This document shows positions 13,941 to 25,667 of a stretch of 64,000 bases of DNA, piece by piece. Location: the NCBI GenBank assembly GCA_965153285.1, contig OZ229110.1; one strand, written 5' to 3'. How positions within the stretch are numbered: position 1 is the stretch's first letter; every line of letters begins with the position of its first letter. Under the pieces are notes generated by a model, which did no database searches, was not told the DNA's origin, and was given only the letters and a program-made list of their open reading frames with translations. The stretch comes from Podarcis tiliguerta. Taxonomy: Eukaryota. The translations under genes and the position numbers were made by a program.

Positions 13941-15609
13941 CTTCCTTGAAAATTGTATCCAGAATATCTGTTGATCCTACTAACATAGTGGAACTGGGGG
14001 TCTATGCACACCAGCACTGACACTTTTCTTGCCCTGCCCCTTACCTCAGCAGCACCTTAATGTGCTGGGAGCCTGGTGGCTGCTCTGATTCCAGCCCTTT
14101 ACAGTCCTCCTGCCAGTGTTGGCCTAGAGTAACCCTACTCACCTGTGAATTCAAGGGGGGAGCTCATGGTTGCATTTGCCATTCAGCTTACCCAATCGGA
14201 GCAGTGCCTGATGAGCCCATGTCAGAACTAGGTGAAGAGAGAGCCCAGTGGTTGCAGCCCAAGGAACTAAGTGGTGGTGGGCATTGAGGGGCTGGTTTGT
14301 GCTGGGGGGAACTGAGGGCAGATGGCCCAGCACTCCCCTCCAAAAGATGGTGCTGGGCCTGGCTGAGGATCTGGTCTGTTTGTTGATGTAGAGCGTCCCA
14401 GTAGAGGTAAAGGAGAAAGAGCAAGCTGGTCTGGACAAAGCTGAGCAAGTCAAACATTATCCTGTCAGTACTGCAGGAAAGATCTCCGGTTTGAGGAACT
14501 GCAACAGGGAAGAGGTTAGATGAGTTCCTGGAAGAACACGGTTGACACATGGCAGAGCCTGCAGGGCTGTCTTGCTCCAACAAGTTCGTGTGACTCAACT
14601 ATTCTTGTCTTTGTAGTAAAGCATCCCAGTAATGTTGACAGTCTTACAGGGCTTGGATCCGTACAAGTTTCTACATGGCGTCTGTCTGCATCTTTCTCTT
14701 GCTGTCATTTCTTGGAGGAGTTGCTGGGGCTGCTGTTTGGTCTCATCCTGTCATTCAGGCTGATTTGCGTGGTTAGCAGATAACAGCTCAACATTCTAAT
14801 ATTTTCATCTATGGTGGCCCCACTGAAATTAGGAGTTATCTTACACACACACATGTTGATATTTGTACTGGGATGGAACCTTCAAATGATCCATTTGCCA
14901 CAAGGAATCAACACTTCAAGCACCCATTCCAAAATATCTAGGTATACCCTTGGAAACCATATGAATAGAAGGAAGTGCTTGCCACCACAAGATCAGAATA
15001 TGTCCCCCTGTTTGAATGGTGCATTTTGGTTCATTTTGAAATTTCTGTAGTTATGGATTTGAGCTTTGAAAATGTGCTGGAGCAAATAGATCTACTCTTT
15101 AAAAAAAAAACAACCCACCCATCATTTTATATATTTAAACAACCACAGCACCATGTGGTACATTATTTTCACAATACTAATGTAGATAGAAAATTTTCTT
15201 AGTTTCATTTGATAAGTCTTCTTACTTATTCCAGGATATCAGTCCAAAGAGTTTTGTGTTTGTATATTGGAATCCTGAGGCCACCTTGCCCATTGAACAA
15301 AAGCATACAACTGAGTGGCAAATATAGCTATTCTTTTGAAATTGCTTCTTGCAAAATTTGCAGAGCAGATACTTGGATTTTCAGTGCTTTGTTATTTTAT
15401 CCCTTTGGAACTGGTTAATTGCTTTGCAGGGTTTATAAGAAGGTTTTGAACATGGTTGATTGATATTTGCTTTTTTACATTGATTTTCCAATTCACTTCA
15501 ACTGTACTTTAAATAGCATAGTGTGGGAGGCTGCTTCCTAGCTACTCTTAATGTTTAAAGGGATAGCTGTCTGGAGATGTCATGACCAACTTCAAGGAAA
15601 CACCCTATA

Positions 15610-15821
15610 CAGTGGTACCTCGGGTTAAGTACTTAATTCATTCCGGAGGTCCGTTCTTAACCTGAAATTGTTGTTAACCTGAGGTACCACTTTAGCTAAT
15701 GGGGCCTCCTGCTGCCGCCGCGCCGCCGAAGCATGATTTCTGTTCACATCCTGAAGCAAAGTACTATTTCTGGGTTAGTGGAGTATGTAACCTGAAGTGT
15801 ATGTAACCTGAGGTACCACTG
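15610..15821 (+). mobile_element. Tc1/mariner-pogo MITE copy
   Basis: Same TIRs and TA TSD as 7634. Confidence 0.9.
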
Positions 15822-15909
15822 TATATAGAACCCCAAATCAAATGAAGTATGATGAGTTCCAGTAAAACCATTCAGCAGATAGCAAGCCATGTGCTATTCA
15901 TAGGAAAGG

Positions 15910-16087
15910 AACATATAGCAAGCTGCCTTATATCAAGTCAGAACACTGGTCTGTATAGCTCAGTGTTGTCTTCACTGACTGGCAGCAGCTCCCAAGGGTT
16001 TCATATGGGGGAGATTTCCAGCCCTACCTGGAGATGCTGGGGATTGAACCCTGGGACCTTTCTGCATGCAAAGCAGGTGCTCTGCCA
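15910..16087 (-). mobile_element. tRNA-derived squamate SINE (Squam-like); related fragment at ~11915-11985
   Basis: Reverse strand reads GTAGCTCAGTGGCAGAGCACCTGCTTTGCATGCAGAAAGGTCCCAGGGTTCAATCCCC, a tRNA-like A/B-box head. Confidence 0.75.
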
Positions 16088-16273
16088 CTGAGCTACAGTT
16101 CTTCCCTTTATGAAGAACTGAAGAAAATAAGGGCCTGGGGCTTGAGGTACCTTGTTTCACAGCCCTGTTCAGAGAATAGGTGTGCTGGGTGACCTTGAGA
16201 AAGTTGCCCTGTGCCAGGCTGGTGACAAGGGGAAGCCACTGTGGCAGATTGCCATGTTTCCACATGACAAGTA

Positions 16274-16515
16274 CAGTGGTACCTCGGGTTACATATGCTT
16301 CAGGTTACATACGCTTCAGGTTACAGACACCACTAACCCAGAAATAGTGCTTCAGGTTAAGAACTTTGCTTCAGGATGAGAACAGAAATTGTGCTCCGGT
16401 GGCACGGCGGCAGCAGGAGGCCCCATTAGCTAAAGTGGTGCTTCAGATTAAGAACAGTTTCAGGTTAAGAACAGACCTTTGGAACGAATTAAGTACTTAA
16501 GCCAAGGTACCACTG
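16274..16515 (-). mobile_element. Tc1/mariner-pogo MITE copy (inverted)
   Basis: Same TIRs and TA TSD; internal sequence is the reverse complement of the 15610 copy. Confidence 0.9.
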
Positions 16516-16894
16516 TATTTGTGGGAATGCTTTGAAGCACCTTTTAGGTCTGGGTTGTCCTAGGAAATAGCAGGCCAACTCAAGGGATGTCAGGGCCTTC
16601 ATAGGACTGATCTCCGCAACCTGCTGTTTTGCTGGCACATGTCAGGAAATGTTCCTGTAAACTGGGCCTCAGTTGCTTATCTGTGAATCTAAAGTATGAG
16701 TAGCCTAACGTGCAGGTTTATCCTGATGACAAGTGTGTAAAGACTGAAGCATTTTGCACAGTGATGATGATTTAATAGGACATGGGAGCCACCTAGGCAT
16801 GAAAAAAACACACTACTTCCTGCTTAGTTCCTCAGGAAGCTGTGAGTTTCCCCATCTTGTGGAGCAGTGGTTTCTGTAGTGAAGTTCCTATTTC

Positions 16895-17430
16895 TTTTTT
16901 TTTTTTAAATGATATTTATTAAGATTTTAAAATTACAGAGGAAAAAAAGAAACCTAAAAAGAACAAAAATAGACAAGAAAAAAAGGATTAAACAATACAA
17001 GTCAATAAAAACACACACACACACAATACATCAAAACCAAAAACAAAAGCAAACAAAAAATTTAAAAACAAATCCAATATTCCCAAATCTTTATCTTTCA
17101 TTAACTTGTTTCATCGACCTCCTCGCACCTCCCTTTTTTGTATTCGAGTTATTAATTGTATCTCAGCAAATCCTTTCCATCTTTCACAATATTCTGTCAA
17201 TAATTTACCTTAATTTATTTTAACCTTATCTTACCATAAAAAGCCCTAAAGCTTAAATCTTAAAACTTATTTATACATAATTCCTTATAGCATTTCTACT
17301 AAAGCCAAATAGTTTCATTCCAGCATTTTTTCTAACACTCATTAATTTTACAATAATTTTCTAAATAAATTTTTAAACTTTTTCCAATCTTCATCCATTG
17401 TCTCTTCTTCCTGGTCTCGGGTTTTGTCAG
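16895..17430 (-). mobile_element. L1-like LINE 3' end (ORF2 C-terminus, 3'UTR, polyA)
   Basis: Poly-T and TTTATT on + (AATAAA plus polyA on -); minus strand translates RDQEEETMDEDWKKFK; may extend to ~17720. Confidence 0.6.
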
Positions 17431-17765
17431 TCCTTTCTATCCTTTCCATCTAGTCCATCAACCTGGTGACCTTATATCCGAGGCTCTTAAGTCTTTTCCA
17501 TGTCCCTTCTGCAGGTCTTCTTCATGTTTATACCTGCACTTTACTTTGTCTTCTGCTGATCTTATTCTTAATTTCCCTCCTTTCTCACTGAGGGGTAGAT
17601 CTTGGGGAGACTCCAACTTGACAATATCTTTATCCCTTCTTGGCAGGTTAGCCCATTCTCCATAGTCAGCACTAAAATCCAAAAAATATTTGAGGGCATG
17701 TTTCAAAGTCCCTCCAAGGTTAAGGGTGAAGTTTCTTTACACATGTTTGTCTCATTGCTCTGCAG

Positions 17766-17940
17766 GAATTCTCTGGAATCTGTCTTCCAGCGATAACCTC
17801 AAGGACCGTCTGGCCCGTGACACCCTGGAGAAGCTCACAGACCTGGTCTTGATTCCCCTGTCTGGGACAGGCAATGCTGCTCTTATCCAGCAAAATGCCT
17901 CAGAGGCAGAAATCTTCTACAATGCTACTGGCTTCCTCAG
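17766..17940 (+). CDS. PKP3: Plakophilin-3 exon 6
   Basis: GILWNLSSSDNLKDRLARDTL...FYNATGFLR; canonical AG/GT; 175 nt. Confidence 0.97.
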
Positions 17941-18791
17941 GTATTTCTCCTTACTAAAGGAAAGACATATTCCATGGCTACTGGATCCTTATAAGACCAA
18001 CTTGGGAAAGCTATGCATGATGTGGCAATATTTCAATATCCTTGGTGAAGCAATATTAAAGAAACAGAGGCAGCGCTTCCATGGCAGGTCAAAGTGGTCC
18101 ATAGTGTAAGCTGGCACCAATGTTGTCATTCGCACTCTGCCCTTCTCTTAGTACATTGCTGCTGTCTAAGATGGCATGAACAATCAATTGGTGCACCATC
18201 CAGGACAGAAGCAAGGGGTTGGGAGGGGACTGTTAAACAATTCACTTCAGTTCAGCAATGTTTAACTGTTAAACAATGCACACAATGAAACGGCACTTTT
18301 GATTTTTAAAGCCAAGAACGTCACACTTATTAGCGGTGTCTATGAATAGCTTATGGGGCTCTGTCATGGATTGTAAAATGGGCCAGTTTGACTGACAATG
18401 CAGCCTTGCCCATTTCTCTTTGCATGGATCTCATTTGGCTGCCCCTGACAGTGAGACTTAAAGTGCAGTCCTAACTATGTTTCCTCAAAGACAATTTCTA
18501 TTGAATTCAACAGGCCTTGCTCTCAGGTAAGTAGGGTTAGGTCTGCAGTCTACTTTTGGGGTTCCATTGTCAAGATCATGTTCTTTCTCTGCCTTATATA
18601 TATGCAGCTGCCAGGTCAAGCAGAATAATTTACCCGAGAGATGCTGCTTCCCTCTGATATGTACCTGGCAGAATCTCCTGCCTTCTGTATTTAGTATATT
18701 AATTAGTTTGACCTTTTAAGATGTGATGGCAGGTCTCAGGTGACAGGAATATTATTCCTTGTGATGACATGCTTTTGTGTTTCCCTTCTAG

Positions 18792-18909
18792 GAATCTTAG
18801 CTCTGCCAGCCAGCAAACTCGTCAGAAAATGCGTGAATGCCATGGGCTGGTAGACTCCATGGTCAATTACATTAATAGCTCACTAGAAGTAGGGAAGTCA
18901 GAGGACAAG
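18792..18909 (+). CDS. PKP3: Plakophilin-3 exon 7
   Basis: NLSSASQQTRQKMRECHGLVDSMV...KSEDK; canonical AG/GT; 118 nt. Confidence 0.97.
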
Positions 18910-19272
18910 GTGAGTCCTCCCCTTGTTAGCTGGTTGCCTTGTAATGTGCTGCGGCTGTGGCTGAACCATTATCTACACAAGGCCAAGAGATCTTTATTCC
19001 AAGGCCAAGTTTTCTGTGGTTATTCTTGTACATGTAAACAATTGTGATGTGGAATGATTTCTCCCTAAATCATTGAGGGCCATCTTCTTAAGCCGAGGTT
19101 GTAGTTTCATTCTTCTGTACCAAGCTGGGCGATGCTTTTGTTCCTTACATCCACCAGATCTGTTCTTGTCAGGTGGTGGCAGAGAAGCAGCAGACTTCTA
19201 GATCCCGGCTCATGTTCTAGTCAAGAGTAATTCTGTTTTGGAAATTACTCTGTTTTTAAAGAGAGCATGACA

Positions 19273-19631
19273 GGGACGTGGGTGGCGCTGTGGGCTAAAG
19301 CCTCAGTGCCTAGGGCTTGCCGATCGAAAGGTCGGCGGTTCGAATCCCCGCGGCGGGGTGCGCTCCCGCTGTTCGGTCCCAGCGCCTGCCAACCTAGCAG
19401 TTCAAAAGCACCCCTGGGTGCAAGTAGATAAATAGGGACCGCTTACTAGCGGGAAGGTAAACGGCGTTTCCGTGTGCAGCTCTGGCTCGCCAGAGCAGCG
19501 ATGTCACGCTGGCCATGTGACCCGGAAGTGTCTTCGGACAGCGCTGGCCCTTGGCCTCTTTGAGTGAGATGGGCGCACAACCCTAGAGTCTGTCAAGACT
19601 GGCCTGTACGGGCAGGGGTACCTTTACCTTT
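19273..19631 (+). mobile_element. Full-length Sauria SINE with 14-bp TSD
   Basis: tRNA-like head (GTGGCGCTGTGG A box, GGTTCGAATCC B box), ACCTTT tail repeats, TSD TTAAAGAGAGCATG at 19256-19269 and 19631-19644. Confidence 0.92.
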
Positions 19632-20137
19632 TAAAGAGAGCATGCAGAAGGCATCTGTTTCTTAAGCCATCTTAATCATAATACAGGAAGGGCAAAACAT
19701 ACATAAATTATCTATGGATGCTGCTGGCTTTCAGAGTATTATTCTCTGGTATGACTGCCTCATGCACGTTTTCTCTGAGAGAGCCAAGAGTAGGTTGATA
19801 GTCTGCCTCAAGTAGGAGACCTCCCCCTAAGTCGGTGGGGAGAACCTTTGCCCCCTCCCCCCATATATTACTGTATAACAGCTGTCATCATCACTGGCCC
19901 ACTGGCCTTGCTTGCTAGGGCTGGTGGGAGTTGTAGTTCAGCAACTTCTGGAGGACCCAAGGTTCTCCACCCTTGCCATAAGTCAAAACTTCCTTTGTTA
20001 CTTTTCCTGACATGAGCTTTTCAGACAGACTTTGGGAAGCAGTCCAAAGACACGGCAAGCCACTTCACACATTACACGTAGACAAAGCAAGGTCTGCCAA
20101 CAAGTGTACACTCAGATTGGTGCTACAGCCGATCACA

Positions 20138-20139
<2 letters not shown>

Positions 20140-20171
<32 letters not shown>
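20140..20171 (+). repeat. (GT)16 microsatellite
   Basis: Direct observation. Confidence 0.95.
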
Positions 20172-20173
<2 letters not shown>

Positions 20174-21139
20174 ATTGTGTTTTTTACACTTTTCAGTTTA
20201 GACATACATATGGAATTTTTGGTGTACACCCAAAAATGGAAAGTGTAAAGCAACCCTTATTCATGTAGTGTAGTGAACAGAGCATCAGACTAGGGCTCGA
20301 ATGTCCTTGGTTCAGATCTGCCCTTAGCAATGAAACTCGCAGGATGATCTTCAGCCAAGCACTGATACTTGGCTAACCTACATCACAGAAGACCATGTAT
20401 GCTATAATGAGCACCTTGGAGGAAGGGCAACATAAAATACAAGAAAGAATAAAAGTCGTATTAGCTTGTAAGTGGTCAGATAAGAGTATATTGAATTCTT
20501 CCATTAAAATTCAGGGTATCTGCAGCAAACAAGTCAGCTAAAATGTGATTTGTGGGTTTAAAAAGACTTGAATTTGACTGTTTCTGTACATCTAAGTAAA
20601 ATAATCTAAGTTTTCTGTAGACCGTGAAATAATGCATTTTTCTGTGCCTGGGCTGCACTGGTTCAATACAATCAAATATGCTTGGTTGCTCCTTGGGTCA
20701 GAGCTGCCTGGGAATCTCCATTCCTAGCCTTTCTCATTCTTGGCAGAAATGGAGTGCAGATGTCTCCAAGCACAGATGTAGCCCATATCCCTTATCCTGA
20801 CTCCAAAGCCAGGGAGGAGTCTTCTTGTAAGCTGCTTCCAGTAAAAAACTGGAAAGGCAAAATATAAATTATGTGTGTGTGTATGCATAATATTTTACAT
20901 TTGGGGCTTCTCCAAATTTTTGCCTGAGGCAGCTGACGAGAAGAATCAAACACAAACAAAAATACATAAAATACTGAAATCTACACAGAACAGCATCTTA
21001 TAATACAATCCACAGCAACCACTTAAAAACATAATTCCTTAAGGGCTTGCCAAAAGAAAGAAAAAGAAATACTTTGCATTGGAAAATTTGCTGTAAATGG
21101 TTCGTTTAAAAGCACCCCCCGCTTTTGTTGTCCCTACAG

Positions 21140-21307
21140 AGTGTAGAGAATGCCGTCTGTGTACTGCGCAACCTCTCCTACCGTCTCTATGATGAGATGC
21201 CTCCTTCTGCACTCCAGAGACTGGAAGGCCAAAGGAGGGGCGAGGGGCCAACCATGACTAGCGAGCTGGTTGGATGCTTCAGCCCACAGAGCAGGAGAGC
21301 TCGAGAG
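21140..21307 (+). CDS. PKP3: Plakophilin-3 exon 8
   Basis: SVENAVCVLRNLSYRLYDEMPPSALQRLEG...GCFSPQSRRARE; 168 nt, phase 0-0. Confidence 0.97.
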
Positions 21308-22126
21308 GTGAGAGGGCAAATGGTGTTATTATGGGGGATAGAAAGAAGGGCCTGGCAGCAAATGTTGCATAAGGTAAGGAATTGCTGCATTGTCTTTTTA
21401 ATATTCGGTTGGGAGCTGCTCAGAGTGGCTGAGGAAACCCAGTCAGATGGGCGGGGTATAAATAATAAATTGTTATTGTTACTGTTATTATGTTAAGAGA
21501 TGGTGAAGTGAGCCTATGAAGGGGTCTGTGCATCTGAAGTCTGCATAGCTTAATTTGTGCCAGGGCTCTGCCCAAACATGTGTTTTTATTGTTGGCGCTC
21601 ATCCCCCATCCTCAGAATATGAAGTAAGAGTTTGTTAAAGTATCCCTGAAAATGTGAAGACATTTTGCTTGGTTCTGAGTAACTACAATGAAACCCCCAA
21701 TTTCAGAGATGAGTGGGAGGAACTTTCAGATCAGTGGTTGTTGCCTTGATCCTCATCATGCCTGTTGCTTGATCTAAGCACTAGAATAGAAGTTGCTTTT
21801 CAGGGTGTGAGGGTGACATCCCAAGGAGATCCAGAGCGTTATCAGTGGAGGTGTAAGCTCCTCCCAGTATTTTCACATTGAATGCTGGGAATTAATGATA
21901 CAGTGAAGTGAACGCATGAGAAGCAAGAAGCGAGTAAGATCCCAAAAGAGATTGAAGTGGATTTAAGGCGTGAGAAGCTTTGTCCATAGAAATGGATGAC
22001 AGCCATGATGGAAACAGTGCATGAGCTGAGGTCTGGGCGAGGTATGAAGGGGGTGATATGGTAGAAAATGGTTCTCTACACCCCCATAGAATGGTCATTG
22101 AACATTCTCTCTCTTTCCCTCCCAAG

Positions 22127-22312
22127 CTCCACATGAACTCAGACATTGTGACTTTCACAGAGGTCTCTAAGGATCCCAAAGGGATGGAGTGGCTGTGGAA
22201 CCCTCAAATTATAGGAGTGTACAACAGGCTGCTACAGAGATGTGAGCTAAACAAGCACACCACGGAGGCAGCCTCTGGGGCTCTTCAGAACATCACAGCA
22301 GGAGACCGGAGG
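22127..22312 (+). CDS. PKP3: Plakophilin-3 exon 9
   Basis: LHMNSDIVTFTEVSKDPKGMEWLWNPQI...ALQNITAGDRR; polypyrimidine tract plus aag| acceptor, AGG|gtaagg donor; 186 nt. Confidence 0.95.
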
Positions 22313-23337
22313 GTAAGGTTAACAGCCTGAAACATCCCACCAAGAGTCTGGTTGGGTACACTGGGATAAAATGGTGTGAAATTAAGCAGGGTGAATGCGG
22401 CTCACAATGTGTTCTCAGTCTATCACTTAGAGGGTTGTTTTTTTAAGATTGCAAACATTAAGAGAAGGTGCCTGTGAAGGAACTTCCCTTGCAGGCTGTG
22501 CCTGCCTTACCTTCCTTAGACCTGAACAGGCACTGCAGTGAGAATTCACCCTCCATGTCACAGATGATGAGAAGAAAGCATTCATGGGTGGCTTGTGCAA
22601 AATTTGAAAAGAGATGACAAGGCCTCCCTTACCTGCTTGAATCCAAACATGGCTAGGACAGAAAAGACTAAGAACCAATAGATCATACAGCACTGGGAGT
22701 AGATGAAGGGGAAGGCCAGACGGACTTCTCTGTTTGCAGTGTCCCAATACTTGTTGTAGGTATATAGGTCAATAGTTCTTAACCTGTTTTGGCCCACAGA
22801 CCCTTTTGAGGATTTGATGAAAGCTATAGACTTCCTTCCCAGAAAAATGCACATCAACACACACACACATGCACACAAATGTTTGTTGCAATGGAGGATT
22901 TCCCCGCTCCCTTTGTTCACAGACTTCCTGAAGCCCATCCATGGACCTTTGGTTAAGAATCCCTAATGTAGGCCAGTGAAAATATTTAAATAGTTTTGGA
23001 AGTGTACTTTGAAGGAGAAGGAATAGCCAAATATCAGTGCCAGTTCTGTCATTTGTCATAACCAGCTCTCCCCAATTCACAGTTGGGAAGAAAGCTTCCT
23101 GTTCTCTTTCCCCCTTACCCCTGAAGAATAACCTGATGCTTTCTGTGCTGTAGCACTAAATTGCTGTGCAAACCTGCCATGGAGTCATCTTAAACACAAG
23201 GGTTTATGATAAACAATGTTACAGCAATAAGCAGAAGGGATGTGGGAATCTCTCTCCCCACATCTGCAACTTGAGCTCAGATGCTTTATTGACTTGGCTG
23301 ACAACTCATCCTCTTGCTGGCTCCTGTTTCATTGTAG

Positions 23338-23491
23338 TGGGCTGGTGTCCTCAGCAGAGTGGCTTTGGAACAAGAGAGGATCCTGAACCCAGTGCTGGAC
23401 AGAGTCCGCACAGCTGACCATCACCAGCTTCGTTCACTGACGGGACTTATTCGGAATCTCTCCCGGAATGCGCGCAATAAGGATGAGATGT
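23338..23491 (+). CDS. PKP3: Plakophilin-3 exon 10
   Basis: WAGVLSRVALEQERILNPVLDRVRTADHHQLRSLTGLIRNLSRNARNKDEM; 154 nt. Confidence 0.96.
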
Positions 23492-23686
23492 GTGAGTGTC
23501 ATTCCAATTGGAAACTATAGCAAAGGTCACCATCCCAGGACCTGGAAGAAAGCTGGGAGGCGCTGTCCTCCATGCAGAATGACCTTGCCTACTCCATCCA
23601 CACAGTGTTTCTGCGGCGTGTCCCATTCCTTGGGGCTTCACCTGTAGTCACCTGCATCACTGATCAGTTTTGTTTTTGATTTGCAG

Positions 23687-23879
23687 CAACCAAGGTGGTG
23701 AGTCATTTGATCGAGAAGCTCCCAGGCAGCTCTGGAGAGAAGTGGCCTCCAACAGACGTGGTTGTCAACATTATTGCTGTGCTGAACAACTTGGTTGTGG
23801 AAAGCCCTGTTGCTGCACGTGACATTGTCTACTTTGATGGCCTGCGGAAGCTATTCTACATCAAGAAGAAAAGGGACAG
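23687..23879 (+). CDS. PKP3: Plakophilin-3 exon 11
   Basis: TKVVSHLIEKLPGS...FDGLRKLFYIKKKRD; 193 nt. Confidence 0.96.
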
Positions 23880-24145
23880 GTGGGGAAGACCTGGGGATTC
23901 CTCCTCCAATTCCATATGCTGAAACCACCAGTTATTCCAAGAACTCCATATTCAGTCACATTTTAGGCCATCTGGCTGCTTTATACCAATTGCAAGGGTG
24001 TGAAATTAGTCCACCTGCTGCTAAACAGTACGTCCTCCTGTCTAAATTTCTATTAAGGGGAGTGTTTGTGGATTTGCAAAGCTGTGAGTCTGTTCCTACA
24101 GACCATGCCCATTTGTTAAGACAGACCCATTTTCTTCCAGAAGTG

Positions 24146-24200
24146 TAAAGGTAAACGTAAAGGGACCCCTGACCATTAGGTCCAGTTGTGACCGACTCAG
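24146..24200 (-). mobile_element. Sauria SINE 3' fragment
   Basis: taaaggtaaacgtaaagggacccctg is the reverse complement of the SINE tail. Confidence 0.65.
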
Positions 24201-24600
24201 AAATGTAGCCCAAGCCTATTGGATGTATCACTGAATTTAGTAGGGCTTAGTCATAAGTACGTGGGAGGAATTCAGCTGAGTTGTCCCCCCTCTCTTCCCC
24301 TATGCCCTTAAATTTGTTCTGGAAGATGGGGGGAGCCCCCCAGAACAGGTTCAGGGGGGCACAAGGGGGGGGGAGTAGCTAAATCCCACTGCACAAGCAG
24401 ACCTTGTTCCTTGTGTCCATACCCCACTTAGCGTTATGTGGAATTCCTCACTATGTGTCTAAGGCTTGCTACCTTAATTCTCAGTGGTTCACTAATAGAC
24501 ATGATGTAACCTAGTATAAAATCCACAATAGTTTATGAAGGAAGAGAGTCTGTGTCTTAAAGTGCACTAGCAACGTGTTGTGTCTGTCTTTATTCTCCAG

Positions 24601-24688
24601 CTCAGACAGTGAGAAGTCGTCGAGAGCTGCTTCCAGCCTCCTGACCAACATGTGGCAGTACAGCAAGCTTCATCGGGACTATAAGACG
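24601..24688 (+). CDS. PKP3: Plakophilin-3 exon 12
   Basis: SDSEKSSRAASSLLTNMWQYSKLHRDYKT; 88 nt. Confidence 0.96.
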
Positions 24689-25631
24689 GTATGTTCCTTC
24701 CTCCCAATTGCTCTCTCTCCACTCCTCAGTGAGCTTACAGGGGAAGAACTGACTTCCTGCCCAGTCTAGAGGGGGAAGTATGGTTGCTCCTTCAAGTCCT
24801 GCAGTGTGAAAGCTTGCACTCCTGGACATACACATCACAAGAGAAATGACTTCATAGGGTAACTGTGCTGCAGTATGCATGAGTAGATTTCTGATTCTAG
24901 AAGAGGGAGAAGAGGTATCTTCTAGATATGATCAGCTACAAAGGCCAGCACGCCTGTATTATTAGTAGTTTTCTGGAAGAATGAATTTCAGTAAGTATAG
25001 TTTGTCATGGAGGCGTAAGAAAACATATACCTGCTCTACGCCCCTATTTTGAACCACTATTAACAGTATGGGAGCCCACCCTATACCCTTTTGCATCTAA
25101 CTTTAACAAGGGATGCTTAGTGGGTACCTGCTGTGCTTTGGGTTTAGCCCTATAGTACTGAATAGGAAAGTGACACGAGATGTGCTGTTTGTTCAGCTGC
25201 CATTTTGGCCTTAGCTGAGGATATTGCCCCAAATAGATCAATAACCTATAGTTTTAGTCCAGGAATCATGGCACTTATCTAAGGTGTCGGGAATGTGTGT
25301 CCTCCAAGGGCTTGGTAAGTGCCACTTGTTTTTAGGGCTCCCCCTTATTTTAAATGTTTGAACATTTTACCACACTAATAGAACATAACACATCACCCTT
25401 ATTTCCCAAGGTGGGGGGCTTCCATTTCAGCCATCAGGTACAAACTTCTCTTATGAGAGAGGAAGGGGCACCCCCTGCTGCAGGTCATTCTCTTCTGCAG
25501 TATCACAGATATGAATTCTAGATTTGCAGTTCTTTTGAGAATCTGTGCCATCTTGGGTCTTATATCAATAGGGCACTGGGTGGGTGAAATGATGTGCCCT
25601 TGTGATCTTTTTCTTCTTCTGTGTTTTACAG

Positions 25632-25667
25632 AAGGGCTATCGAAAAGAAGACTTTGTTGGCCTGTAA
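25632..25667 (+). CDS. PKP3: Plakophilin-3 last coding exon (KGYRKEDFVGL*)
   Basis: ttacag|AAG acceptor, TAA at 25665-25667; matches the PKP3 C-terminal KGYRKEDF motif. Confidence 0.95.
   Translation, partial: KGYRKEDFVGL

Noticed and set aside
19273-19350. tRNA gene-like A/B boxes (also at ~16030-16080)
   Set aside because: These are SINE heads; they continue into SINE bodies and lack a complete cloverleaf
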